From: Verrucomicrobiota bacterium
GTDB lineage: Bacteria > Verrucomicrobiota > Verrucomicrobiia > Limisphaerales > J093
NCBI GenBank assembly: GCA_012517065.1
Contig: JAAYVR010000133.1
Coordinates: 258 to 64,257, forward strand
Length of the DNA stretch: 64,000 bases
Reading direction: 5' to 3'
The notes beneath the pieces are model-generated. The model saw nothing but the letters and a program-made list of their open reading frames with translations, was not told where the DNA came from and did not search any database. Shown here in pieces: positions 25,882 to 35,507 of this stretch. Positions within the stretch are counted from its first letter, which is position 1. Each line of letters begins with the position of its first letter. Both the position numbers and the translations under genes were made by a program.

Positions 25882-27768
25882 TTAATTGTTGATCTGCGCC
25901 AATGGCAGCGTTCTGCCTTCCAGCACGCCGATGGCATGCGTCAGGATGCCCTGCAGGTATTCGCTTTCGCGCACAGCGTTGCCTGCGGTGTTTACGTGGC
26001 CAAGCGCGCGTTGCATGGCGGGCAACGACGGGCGGGCGGATTCGCCGAGTCGGTCAAGGACATTTGCCGCTTGCAATGCGGGCATGGGGTTGGTTGTGTC
26101 GCCCAAGACGGCTTCAAGTTCGGCGAGCGCAGTCTCGGTGCGCCCGATACGAGCGAGCGCTTCTGCGACGGCTACTCGGACGGATTGTGACGGATCGCGA
26201 AGCCGATTTACCAAGGCTGTCTCGGCTGGGGCTGCTTGTTTTCCCAGCATTGCGCATCCCTGGGCTGCCCACCAGCGAATTGCTTCGCAGGAGTCGGCTA
26301 GCGCAGCGATCAACCTTTGCAGGTTAGCGGGGTTTCTTTCGGAAGCAATCACGGCGAGGTCGAAGACCTTCGCGACGGGATACAGACCTGAGCGTGAGGC
26401 TTCGTACCCTTCAAGCGAAGAACCCTCCGGGACGAAACCGTTGTCCACGATATCGATTGTATGAGTGCGAAGAGCATTGCGCAATCTGTCGAGGACTTCG
26501 CGGTGGCCCGGATCGGAAGCGAGATTCTCGACGTTGTCGGGGTCGCGTTCGAGGTCGTAAAGTTCTTCCGAAGGTTTTTGTCCCCAGAAACGCGCTGTTT
26601 CTTTTGTGAGTCTGCCTGCTCGAGCCTCGCGCGCCCATGACTGATAGCCGCGCGCTCGGAACATGTACTCGAGGGGCTGAACGTAAGGCAGGTCTGGCCT
26701 GAAATTCCGGATATACAGCCAGCGGCCGTCTGTGACGGACCGCATCATGTCGTACCGTTCGTCCATCCGATCGCGTGTGCAGAACACGAATTGGTTGGTT
26801 GTCTTGTTCGGTCCTGCGAAAGGGCGGCCCTGCATGTGTTGTGGTGCGCGCACGCCCGCGAGCGCCAGAACCGTTGGCGCGAAATCGACGAAGCTGATCG
26901 GTGTGTTTATTCGTGAGCCGGGCGGTGCCGGTGCGAGATGGCGCCACTTCGGGGGGAAATAGACTATGAGCGGCACTAGGGTTCCGCTTGCCTGAAGGAA
27001 CCTTTTGCTTCGCGGCAGGACGCCTCCATTATCGGCGTAATAGAAAACGATTGTGTCATCGGCGAGCCCTTCGCGTTCGAGTTCAGCTAGCTTTGCCGCG
27101 ATCTGCTTGTCCAACAAGGCAAGATGATCGTAGTACCGCGCCCAATCTGCTCTGATCTCAGGAGTGTCGGGTTGGTAAGACGGGACTCGGACGCGTGCGG
27201 GGTCGGTGGGTTCAAATCCGAGAGGCACATCCTTTTCTGGGAACAGGCAGCTTTCGTGGGTAACTTCGTGATTGAACACGGCGAAGAACGGCTGTGCGGG
27301 GTCACGCCTGTTCTGATAGTGCGCAGTGCGGCTGCATTCGTGCCATGTTTCGGAAAGCGAGATGTTGCTGTTGTAATCGGTCTTGGCGTTGTTCGAGGTG
27401 TAATACCCGGACTCGCGGAGGTAGGCGGGAAACCCTTTCATCCAGCTTGGAATCTTGCCCTGGGCGCGCATGTGGTGAGCCGGTCCCGAGCAAACAGCAA
27501 AGGTGCCGGTTATCAGTGTGAACCTTGATGGAGCGCAAACGGGCTGCGAAAAGCACCGGGTAAAGAGAACTCCCTCACGCGCGAGCCTGTCAATGGTCGG
27601 AGTTCGCGCGAGGGGATTTCCGTAGCAACCGAGCAGGGTTGTGTTGTCCTCGCTCACGAGCCATAGGATATTCGGCCGCTTTTCAGGCGTGCTCGACGCG
27701 GAAGCGGAAACCGCGGAAATGATTGCCATTAAGAGCGGGAGCCCGATGAATCTCCGCAGTGTGTTCAT
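25882..27768 (-). CDS. Secreted sulfatase (formylglycine type) with C-terminal HEAT-repeat extension
   Basis: The track ORF extends to 27852. The ATG at 27768 gives a signal peptide MNTLRRFIGLPLLMAIISAVSASA. The sulfatase signature is RPNILWLVSEDN...QPVCAPSRFTLITG (C-x-P-x-R). The C-terminus has HEAT/PBS-lyase-like repeats (LRDPSQSVRVAVAEALARIG). Confidence 0.9.
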   Translation of the reverse strand: MNTLRRFIGLPLLMAIISAVSASASSTPEKRPNILWLVSEDNTTLLGCYGNPLARTPTIDRLAREGVLFTRCFSQPVCAPSRFTLITGTFAVCSGPAHHMRAQGKIPSWMKGFPAYLRESGYYTSNNAKTDYNSNISLSETWHECSRTAHYQNRRDPAQPFFAVFNHEVTHESCLFPEKDVPLGFEPTDPARVRVPSYQPDTPEIRADWARYYDHLALLDKQIAAKLAELEREGLADDTIVFYYADNGGVLPRSKRFLQASGTLVPLIVYFPPKWRHLAPAPPGSRINTPISFVDFAPTVLALAGVRAPQHMQGRPFAGPNKTTNQFVFCTRDRMDERYDMMRSVTDGRWLYIRNFRPDLPYVQPLEYMFRARGYQSWAREARAGRLTKETARFWGQKPSEELYDLERDPDNVENLASDPGHREVLDRLRNALRTHTIDIVDNGFVPEGSSLEGYEASRSGLYPVAKVFDLAVIASERNPANLQRLIAALADSCEAIRWWAAQGCAMLGKQAAPAETALVNRLRDPSQSVRVAVAEALARIGRTETALAELEAVLGDTTNPMPALQAANVLDRLGESARPSLPAMQRALGHVNTAGNAVRESEYLQGILTHAIGVLEGRTLPLAQINN

Positions 27769-27859
27769 TGCTGGGCCGATGGCGGGTGTGCTGTTAACAC
27801 GCCTGAAAGCGGCGATACTGAACTGTGCAAAACCGATGCCTGATTCTGTCATGGGCTGG

Positions 27860-29860
27860 TCAATGGCTCTGACCTATCATGTCGAGTGCTTGTTGCGCTT
27901 CTTTCGGGTGAGAGGCTTTGATTGCTTCAGCGATTTGCCTGACCGCCGCTGAAGCTTCGGTGCGCACACCTGTGACTCCAAGCTGCTCGACTGCGAGCTT
28001 GAGTGCTTCGGGGTGCGCGCAACGTGCCAGCGTTCCGAGGATCAGCTTGCCATCCGTGTCGCTCTTTGCGCTCGCAAAAAGGGCCCGGTACCTGTCAATC
28101 AACGTTTGGGTGGGCTTTTGGTTTTCCTCACCAAGGAGGCGAACCAGACCGCGCAAGGCCACGACGCGGCGGGCTTCAGTTTCGGCCTTTCGATAGACTT
28201 CTGACAACGGTTCCCATGCCGAGATGTCCGGCCACTCGGCGAGCGTGCGCATGGCTGCCTCTCGCACCAAAGGGTTGGCGTCGGAGAGGCTGGCTTTCAC
28301 AGCCGCCAGTGCCTGTGAATCCGGGCATGCCAACAGAAGCTTGATCAAAGAAGCGCGTGTCTCGGGTTTGGTTTCGTGCTCGAGAAAGTTGCGCACAGCG
28401 GCAGACTGGTCTTCAGCATTATTCATTCGACTAAAAGCTTGTGCCAAAGCGGCCTCGGCGTCATCTCGAGCCTCCTCAACGCGCAAACCTGCGAGTGCCT
28501 TTAGGAGGGCAGGCGTGTCTTTGGCAGTGGCGGTGCGACTGAGCCCTTGGAACGCCAACTTCACGCAAACCGGGTCGGTTCCTGTGGCCTCATGTTGGAA
28601 AAACACAAACGAAAAGAGATTTGCCCGGCGAACGAGAGCAGCAAGGAGTGGCGCGCGGATTCCGGTGGTGCGACGGTGCAATTCTATTGTAATCGCCACG
28701 TCAATGGCGGCTCCTCCCCGAAGTGCGTCGAGGGCTGACTCGAGTGCTTTGATTTCAGAAGCGGTCGGCTGTGTGTCAAGAATCCGGGCCAAGTGTGCCA
28801 CAGTTGAATCGTCGCCGAGTTGGCCGAGGGCCTTGATGGTGCTTATGCGCACTTCGACGTCACGTGCTGTGAGCATCTTTTGGATTTCGGGCAGTGCCTG
28901 TATTTCGCCTCTGGCAGCCAGAGACTCCACAAGGAGCGCTTGGTCGCTGGGACCAAGCGATGGCATCAGCGCGGCAAATCTCTTGGATATGTCTTGGCCT
29001 TTCAAAGAAGCGACTGCAGCTATCGCCGAGCGCCTCAGCATATCGTCACTGCCTTTTATCGCCTCCATCGCCCGTCTTACGCCTCCGTCGCGGTCAACGC
29101 GCAGCAGTCCTTCGAAAGCCCCACGGCGGACATGTTCGGGGGCCCCGGAATTGAGGACCTCTTCGTAAAGAGTTGCTGCGGCTCGGCTTCTGCCTTCTTC
29201 GCGCAGGTGCGCTGCGGCGAGCAGAAAGGCGTGGTCTGCATGGGTCGAGATCGCCGGGTCGTACCGCTGTCTGATTTCCCTGATCGCGCTTAGAGCCTGT
29301 CGATCGGCAATGTTACCCAATGCAATCACGGCGGCGCCGGCGATTGTTTTGTTTTCAGAACCAGCAAGACGTTTCAGCAGCCCAACAGAAGCTCGGTCGC
29401 GTCGCACACCGATTGTTTGGACAACCTGAAGCAGCGCCGTGCCTTCGAGTTTCAGCGCAGCGCTTCTAAGAACCGTGTCGGCTTTGGGCGACGGGTTTCT
29501 GGCAAGGGCCAGACATGCGATGCCCACGGTGTCCGGTGTATCAAGCAACGTGTTGATGGCTGGAAGGCACGCGTCGGTTCCAATCACGGCCAACTGCTGA
29601 CAGATGAACCTGCGACCTTCGAAGCTCGTGCTTTCGTTCAGGGCGCTCGCCAATGCATTCTCGAGTTGGATTCTCAGTGTCTTGTTCGTCATCGATTCTG
29701 CCACAAGCTGCTCGACTTTGCGCAGTGGAAGCGTGTCTGAACCGGACTCATACCTGGCGACGGCAGACACTGTGCCTGCGATGTCTTCGGCCCGTGGTTG
29801 AATGGCCAGCAACGAAATGGCGATCAGCAGGTTTGCGATGTGGGCGATGTGGGTTTTCAT
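27860..29860 (-). CDS. Secreted HEAT-repeat protein
   Basis: 666-aa ORF with signal peptide MKTHIAHIANLLIAISLLAIQPRA. Its reiterated Ala/Leu-rich helical repeats are of HEAT type (e.g. DANPLVREAAMRTLAEW). It is a paralog of 42112-44121. Confidence 0.8.
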   Translation of the reverse strand: MKTHIAHIANLLIAISLLAIQPRAEDIAGTVSAVARYESGSDTLPLRKVEQLVAESMTNKTLRIQLENALASALNESTSFEGRRFICQQLAVIGTDACLPAINTLLDTPDTVGIACLALARNPSPKADTVLRSAALKLEGTALLQVVQTIGVRRDRASVGLLKRLAGSENKTIAGAAVIALGNIADRQALSAIREIRQRYDPAISTHADHAFLLAAAHLREEGRSRAAATLYEEVLNSGAPEHVRRGAFEGLLRVDRDGGVRRAMEAIKGSDDMLRRSAIAAVASLKGQDISKRFAALMPSLGPSDQALLVESLAARGEIQALPEIQKMLTARDVEVRISTIKALGQLGDDSTVAHLARILDTQPTASEIKALESALDALRGGAAIDVAITIELHRRTTGIRAPLLAALVRRANLFSFVFFQHEATGTDPVCVKLAFQGLSRTATAKDTPALLKALAGLRVEEARDDAEAALAQAFSRMNNAEDQSAAVRNFLEHETKPETRASLIKLLLACPDSQALAAVKASLSDANPLVREAAMRTLAEWPDISAWEPLSEVYRKAETEARRVVALRGLVRLLGEENQKPTQTLIDRYRALFASAKSDTDGKLILGTLARCAHPEALKLAVEQLGVTGVRTEASAAVRQIAEAIKASHPKEAQQALDMIGQSH

Positions 29861-29888
29861 GGTGCTTGGCTTGAGATTGTTTCTGGTT

Positions 29889-31310
29889 TCAAATTACTCG
29901 CCACGGCGCGCGCGGTTCGCGGTACAACATCCGATTCGCCTCTTCGCAATCGAATTGTTCTTTTGCCGGGTCCCATTTCAGCCGCCGATTGAGGCGCGCA
30001 CTGATTGTCATGGCCTCGCAGATTGTCTGGGCGCGGTGCGCGACCTCGGGATTGCACAAGGTGGGCCTTCGACTTCGCACCGAGTCGAGGAAATTGCGGA
30101 TATGCGCGCCTGCATTTGCCCAACTGACGCCGCCGGCCTGCTTGAGTCTCAGGACCGATTTCGGCTCAGCGGTAACAATGTCCGTCTCGTCATCGACTTG
30201 CACCCATCCGGTCTCGCCTATGTACCGGATGTAACGGTCCGTGAACCCCTTTCGTTGGTATAGAATCCCCTGAACGCCGTTGGCGTACCTGCAGCAGAAC
30301 GTGCCCGAGATGGCTGTCTCGCTCATCCACTGTTTCGGGTCCGGCCAGACAATATCACTCGTCCAAAACTCAACGGGTCCGGTGTCGTCTGTCCCCAACA
30401 CCCATTGCATTTGATCGGTGTAATGCGTCCCCATGTCGGTATGCATCCCTTCGCCTGTATCCCAGAAATAATGCCATGCGTTGACTCTGCCGGGCACAAA
30501 CGGGCGCCATTGCACCGGCCCCAGCCATTGATCGTAGTCCCATCCGGCAGGTACAGGGGTTGGTTTCTGATGCGGAACAGTGCCGCCTGTCCAGACCTGC
30601 ATTTCGACGGTGTGCACACGGCCGATCATACCGCTTCGCGCGATTTCGCGGGCGAACTGGTATGACTCGGTCGATCGGCGTTGGGTGCCGGCCTGGTAGA
30701 TGGTCCCGTAGCGACGGCACATTTCGACAAGTTGTCTGCCCTCGCGAATCGTCAGGCTGATCGGCTTTTCGCAATAGATGTCTTTGCCGGCCTGGGCTGC
30801 AAACATGGACGCCGTGGCGTGCCACCTGTTGCCGGTGGCGATTAGGACCGCGTCGATGTCAGGTTGCGCCAGCAATTCGCGAAAATCGTTGTAAACGCGG
30901 CAATCCTCGTTTCTGTAATGCTCGTCGATCGCCTTTTTCGCTGTTTGGCGGCGGTCCTCGCGCGCGTCGCTCACGGCAAGGAACTGGACGTCGGGGAACG
31001 CGAGAAAGTTTGGGAGAATGAACATGGCGCGGTTGCCCATGCCGATTCCGCCAAACACAATTCGGTTGCTTGGCGCCACGGTTCCTCCTCTGCCAAGAAC
31101 GCGCGGAGACAGAATCAACGGCAGGGCAATTCCAATCCCCATGCCCCTGAGAAACCGTCGCCTGGTCAAGCCCGGCGAAAAAGGCGGTTGTGTTGATCCT
31201 TGTCGATGCAAGTGGATGCTTACGGGTAACTTCCGTGCTGAAAAACAGGCCGCTTTCATTCGGTTCGCAATATGGTGCTGATTGTGGCGCTGACGGAACG
31301 CCCGGAACAA
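29889..31310 (-). CDS. Gfo/Idh/MocA-family oxidoreductase with twin-arginine (TAT) signal
   Basis: It has the TAT motif TRRRFLRGMGIGIALP, the Rossmann region FGGIGMGNRA, and AVLIATGNRWHATASMFAAQAGKDIYCEKP (family EKP motif). The start is uncertain (31310 or the ATG at 31259). Confidence 0.88.
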   Translation of the reverse strand: MFRAFRQRHNQHHIANRMKAACFSARKLPVSIHLHRQGSTQPPFSPGLTRRRFLRGMGIGIALPLILSPRVLGRGGTVAPSNRIVFGGIGMGNRAMFILPNFLAFPDVQFLAVSDAREDRRQTAKKAIDEHYRNEDCRVYNDFRELLAQPDIDAVLIATGNRWHATASMFAAQAGKDIYCEKPISLTIREGRQLVEMCRRYGTIYQAGTQRRSTESYQFAREIARSGMIGRVHTVEMQVWTGGTVPHQKPTPVPAGWDYDQWLGPVQWRPFVPGRVNAWHYFWDTGEGMHTDMGTHYTDQMQWVLGTDDTGPVEFWTSDIVWPDPKQWMSETAISGTFCCRYANGVQGILYQRKGFTDRYIRYIGETGWVQVDDETDIVTAEPKSVLRLKQAGGVSWANAGAHIRNFLDSVRSRRPTLCNPEVAHRAQTICEAMTISARLNRRLKWDPAKEQFDCEEANRMLYREPRAPWRVI

Positions 31311-31435
31311 TCAACGGTTTTCGCGATCAAGACCTTGCCATCCGCGATTGCCGATGTAAAGGGTGACTTCCGATTGCCAAGGTCACACGGCGGCCAACAT
31401 TTTGGCTGCGATCCGACAGTTTCAGAGCAATCTTG

Positions 31436-33064
31436 TCATCGTTCGGGAAGGATTGGCTGATTGGCCGGATTTCTGCTCTCGTTTGCATTGGTGACGCGAA
31501 TGCCGGGGTTGCCGCGCAGCGGACACACGTTTTCGCAAATGCCGCATCCAATGCACAAGTCCGCATCCACATGTGGTAGTTTCACCGTGCGCTCCTCGCC
31601 GGTCCGAGTGACGATTCGCGTTTCGATGAAATAAATCGCCTTTTCAGGGACAGGACAACATTCTTCGCAAACCATGCAGTCCCGCCCGTAAGCGTGCGGA
31701 ATGCAGTGTGTCGTGTCAAAAGCCGCCAGACCAAGTCTGAACTTTTTCTTGTCCTCCAGTTTGAGGGGCATGATTGCTTCAGTTGGACAAACCTGGCCGC
31801 ACAGGTTGCATTCGTAAGCGCAATGGCCGAGCTGCGGCACCAGCCGCGGCGTCCAGAGCCCTTCCAAACCCGCCTCGAACACGCACGGCTGCAAACCGCC
31901 TGTCGGGCACACTTTCATACATAAACCGCATGCGGTGCAGCGCTGGATGAATTCACGTTCCGCCCGCGCGCCGGGAGGACGAATCAGTCCAGGCTCGAAC
32001 ACAAGCCCGCGCGCCTGATAACCAAGCCTTTTGGAACTCGCCCGCGGGCTCGATCGGAAGAACCACAGCGTGCAGATGCCGCCAACAACCGACATCATCA
32101 TCGCGCGTCTGGAGAGCCCGACTGATGTCACGACGGGTTCGCTGCGCCATGGCCAATCCCATTCAAATGCGAGACTGCTTCGCCGGCATGCCGATTCGCA
32201 GTTCAAACACACGAAACACTCCGACGCCCGCCATCCGCTGCCGCTTCCGTCCGCAGCGTTTCCCTGGCAATTCGCGCTGCATAAATCGCATTTTGTGCAT
32301 GTGCTTTCGGCCAGTGCGCGCCTGAGCAAAGGGCGAATCGACAAGAGCCCCAACAACGCTCCTGTCGGGCACGCATACCTGCACCACCAGCGCCTGCGAA
32401 ATGCGTTGGCTGCAAGCAGTCCAACAAAAACAACCAGGATCAATTCGCTCCCAATGAAGGACTGACTATCAACGGCAAAAAGATGCTCGCGAAGGAACTT
32501 TCTACATGGTTCCGTGACAGCGCTTGGTTTCAGCGGCCCGAGTTTGGCGTCCCAGTTGAACACGGCAGTGGAACTTTCCTCGACGGCCCACTGCAACCCG
32601 GGCAACAGCGCCGTCGTCGTGCTCCGATACAGCAGCACAATCGGGTCGAAGATTGTCACCCAGTGCCCGCCCAAGAGCGCCATGGCAAGGAACCCCGCCA
32701 ACACATAGTACTTTGCGCGTTGCCAGCCCGACCAATGTTCACGTTTCCGGCCCTTGTGCCAAATGCGGTCGCATACCCAGCCAACCGCCGAATGCAGAGT
32801 TCCAAACGGGCATATCCAGCCGCAAAACACCCGCCCCGCCACAAGCGTAACAAGGACGGTTGCAAGCGCAGAAAGCAACAGCACCGGTACCGCATGCGCG
32901 GCAAGGAATGTCGCCACCAGAATCAACGGGTCAATCCAGAAGAAAAACCCGGAAAAAGACGGCGGTTCTGCACCCGGCCTCTGGCGCGCCATGACGAGCA
33001 GCCACAAAAAAAGAATCAATGAAACGGCCTGCACTGCACCCCGCAAGCGCGGACCGCCTGGCAT
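31436..33064 (-). CDS. Membrane-anchored polyferredoxin (NapH/MauN-like 4Fe-4S protein)
   Basis: It has transmembrane helices plus CGWICPFGTL and several C-x2-C-x2-C-x3-CP clusters (CTKCDLCSANC, CTACGLCMKVCP, CNLCGQVCP, CIGCGICENVCP). I prefer the ATG at 33064; the track start at 33202 would overlap the upstream gene by 124 nt. Confidence 0.85.
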   Translation of the reverse strand: MPGGPRLRGAVQAVSLILFLWLLVMARQRPGAEPPSFSGFFFWIDPLILVATFLAAHAVPVLLLSALATVLVTLVAGRVFCGWICPFGTLHSAVGWVCDRIWHKGRKREHWSGWQRAKYYVLAGFLAMALLGGHWVTIFDPIVLLYRSTTTALLPGLQWAVEESSTAVFNWDAKLGPLKPSAVTEPCRKFLREHLFAVDSQSFIGSELILVVFVGLLAANAFRRRWWCRYACPTGALLGLLSIRPLLRRALAESTCTKCDLCSANCQGNAADGSGSGWRASECFVCLNCESACRRSSLAFEWDWPWRSEPVVTSVGLSRRAMMMSVVGGICTLWFFRSSPRASSKRLGYQARGLVFEPGLIRPPGARAEREFIQRCTACGLCMKVCPTGGLQPCVFEAGLEGLWTPRLVPQLGHCAYECNLCGQVCPTEAIMPLKLEDKKKFRLGLAAFDTTHCIPHAYGRDCMVCEECCPVPEKAIYFIETRIVTRTGEERTVKLPHVDADLCIGCGICENVCPLRGNPGIRVTNANESRNPANQPILPER

Positions 33065-33078
33065 GCGGGAGGCACCGC

Positions 33079-34026
33079 TCACACCACTACAACCTCCCGC
33101 AAAGAAAGCGTCCTGTAATCCATCTTGCCGAGGCCGAACTCCTGGCCTTTGGTTATGGTGCCGATTTCGTTCGGTTTTACGCCGAGACGTTCTGCGCCCC
33201 ATGCATCCAGCGCCACCGGGTCGATGCCGGCCGCAACCTGCATTTGCACATCAACGTCTTCGATTCTCCCGCCTGTTGGGCCGTTACGCAACAGCACGCG
33301 AGTGGCGTCAAGCACGCAAATCCTGGGTTTCATGAACCGCGTGATGTCAGCCACACAGGTCGCAATGTCCTGATGGAACACGCGGCGGTTTTCGACCACC
33401 CCCATGTAATTCTTCATGCACATGGTCGCCCGCGCCAGACCATGGTGTTTCACAATCGGCACGTTGATCATGAGGTCGCACTCGACCATTTCGGGAAAGA
33501 CCGGGTGCATTTTGAGCCGTTCGCCATCGACCTTCATTTCGCGCGTTCTTGCGCGGTCCAGATACACCACCTCCGCCCCAAGCTTCTCGACCGCTTCGGG
33601 AATGCCGCTCGTTGGATAAGTTCTGCGGGCATCGTGCACGGGATTGTCCCCCACCCTGACGGTTTTTGCGCCTGCGTCGAAACACAATCGAACCAGTGTT
33701 GCGACCACGTCCGGGTTTGTTGTTGCGGCAAGCTCAGGTTTCCGTTCGAAGGCGATGTTTGGCTTGATCCAAACGACGGCGCCCCGGCTGACAAACCGTT
33801 TTATCCCGCCGAGGGCCTCAATTGCCCGCTCGGTGAGTTTCACTGACAATTCCTTGAACTGTTTATCGTCGGGCGTGCCCGTGCCCTGCCATCGGGCGAT
33901 TGCCATGTCACTTGGGCCCGAAGCTTCTGCGGCTTGCGATTGCGAGCCCGGTTGAACTCCAAATGCGAACGCGCCTGCGGCTACAGCCGAGTGCGCAAGG
34001 AACTCTCTGCGCGAGTGTTTTTGCAT
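33079..34026 (-). CDS. DUF362-domain protein with TAT signal
   Basis: The TAT signal is MQKHSRREFLAHSAVAAGAFAFG. The DUF362 pattern is VVWIKPNIAFERKPELAATTNPDVVATLVRLCFDAGA...INVPIVKHH. I use the ATG at 34026; the track lists GTG 34032. Confidence 0.82.
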   Translation of the reverse strand: MQKHSRREFLAHSAVAAGAFAFGVQPGSQSQAAEASGPSDMAIARWQGTGTPDDKQFKELSVKLTERAIEALGGIKRFVSRGAVVWIKPNIAFERKPELAATTNPDVVATLVRLCFDAGAKTVRVGDNPVHDARRTYPTSGIPEAVEKLGAEVVYLDRARTREMKVDGERLKMHPVFPEMVECDLMINVPIVKHHGLARATMCMKNYMGVVENRRVFHQDIATCVADITRFMKPRICVLDATRVLLRNGPTGGRIEDVDVQMQVAAGIDPVALDAWGAERLGVKPNEIGTITKGQEFGLGKMDYRTLSLREVVVV

Positions 34027-34149
34027 AATCACGATTCCTCGTAGGTTGCCATCAATTGTCCGACGTTGGGTTTAGCATATGCCGACCGTTGACCAAAATC
34101 AACTCACTTGGCCTTCGTTTGACCGCCGGAGTGTGTTGTGCGGTTTTAC

Positions 34150-34207
34150 GCCCAAATAGAGGGACAGACACGAAATGCGCTTATCGTGTCTGTCCCTCTA
34201 TTTGGGC
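34150..34207. repeat. Perfect 24-bp palindrome (hairpin) sharing the GGGACAGACACG core of the dispersed repeats
   Basis: GCCCAAATAGAGGGACAGACACGA (34150-34173) is the exact reverse complement of 34184-34207, with a 10-nt loop AATGCGCTTA. A half-site, CCCAAATAGAGGGACAGGCTCG, occurs at ~6909-6930. Confidence 0.9.
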
Positions 34208-34299
34208 GCAACGTGCCAAAAGGCTTGCCAAGGATCGGTTTGTACCAAACCCCGGCAATTTGTTTGTCACAAATGGCGGTTGCGGGCTAAATGTCATAC

Positions 34300-34698
34300 A
34301 TGGACTGGCTGACAGACCTGTTGTGGCGCGAGGGACGGTTCCTCGGGATCGAATGGCACGCATGGAAAATCGTGGGATGGCTGGGGAACCTGACATTTTT
34401 TTCACGGTTCCTTGTGCAATGGTACGCAACGGAGCGACACAAGCGCGTTGTTGTGCCGGTGTCGTTTTGGTGGCTGAGCCTTGTGGGGGCGACGTTGCTG
34501 TTTGCGTATGCGCTGTTTTACAGGCGCGATTCGGTGTTTATCTTTGCGTACGCTTTTACGTGGATACCATACGTGCGGAACCTCGTGATTCATAATCGCA
34601 CATTGGCATCGACGCGGCGGTGCAGCCGGTGTGGAGAATCGTCCGGGCCACAAGCCAACTACTGTTGGAATTGCGGTCAGGCAATGGGCGGGTCCTGA
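34300..34698 (+). CDS. Lipid-A-disaccharide synthase N-terminal-domain (LAB_N) membrane protein with C-terminal zinc ribbon
   Basis: It starts at the ATG at 34300 (MDWLTDLL...). The LAB_N pattern is KIVGWLGNLTFFSRFLVQWYATERHKRVVVPVSFWWLSLVGATLLFAYALFYRRDSVFI. The zinc ribbon is CSRCGESSGPQANYCWNCG. Confidence 0.78.
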   Translation: MDWLTDLLWREGRFLGIEWHAWKIVGWLGNLTFFSRFLVQWYATERHKRVVVPVSFWWLSLVGATLLFAYALFYRRDSVFIFAYAFTWIPYVRNLVIHNRTLASTRRCSRCGESSGPQANYCWNCGQAMGGS

Positions 34699-34826
34699 CT
34701 CCGGTTCGTAACCGCAACGTCGCATGGCTGTCATAAGGGGTAAGTCGGAACCTGCCGGTCTGGTCTGAGAAAAGGTTTCAGTGGATTGGCGGTTCTTTGT
34801 GTTGAACACTGTTGAGGATTGGGAAA

Positions 34827-35495
34827 ATGGCAAATCTGTTTTGGAATCCGGCGGCGGGAACGTCGCTTGTGCAATTGGCGGTTGGGCTTGCGCTGGCAGC
34901 GGTGCTGGGGTTTGTGCTCGGCCTTGTTTACGTGAAGTTCGGTGATGCGATGGCCAACCGGCGCCTTTTGGCGCGGAACTTCTTGCTTCTTGCGGTCACG
35001 ACCACGCTGATCATCAGCGTGGTGAAATCGTCGCTTGCGCTTTCCCTGGGACTGGTTGGGGCGTTGTCAATCGTGAGATTTCGCGCGGCGATCAAGGAGC
35101 CGGAAGAACTGGCGTACCTGTTTCTGGCGATCAGCATTGGCCTTGGGATGGGGGCGGGCCAGTTCCTTGTGACGCTGGTCGCTTTTGTCATCATAGTGGG
35201 ATTGATAATCATCAGGCGTTTGGTCAGACCAAGCCATGATCGGCCGAATTTGTACGTCACGATCAATCTGCCAGCAGCTCAGAAACTGGACTTGAACCAG
35301 ATTCTCGCGGGGCTCAATCGTTCCGGCGCAACAGCAAAGCTAAAACGAGTTGATGAGACCGCGGAATCCATGGAAGCCATGTTCGAAGCCAGCTTCCCCA
35401 ACGTGGGCAAACTCGAGGAGTTCAGGCAATGGCTCCGGTCTCAAAGCAGCAATGCCAAGCTTAGCGTTCTTGAAAGCCGGGGTTTGGCCGCTTGA
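34827..35495 (+). CDS. DUF4956-domain membrane protein
   Basis: The ATG at 34827 is preceded by GAGGA at 34814-34818. The core LVGALSIVRFRAAIKEPEELAYLFLAISIGLGMGAGQ is typical of DUF4956, and the gene is paired with a VTC-domain gene as is usual for this family. Confidence 0.78.
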   Translation: MANLFWNPAAGTSLVQLAVGLALAAVLGFVLGLVYVKFGDAMANRRLLARNFLLLAVTTTLIISVVKSSLALSLGLVGALSIVRFRAAIKEPEELAYLFLAISIGLGMGAGQFLVTLVAFVIIVGLIIIRRLVRPSHDRPNLYVTINLPAAQKLDLNQILAGLNRSGATAKLKRVDETAESMEAMFEASFPNVGKLEEFRQWLRSQSSNAKLSVLESRGLAA

Positions 35496-35507
35496 ATTGC
35501 CGACACG

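Noticed and set aside
34056-34595. 179-aa ORF at 34056-34595 (+) overlapping the palindrome and the LAB_N gene in another frame.
   Set aside because: It runs through the 24-bp palindrome and has an Arg/Cys/Val-rich, low-complexity translation. The overlapping frame starting at 34300 has a clear LAB_N family match.
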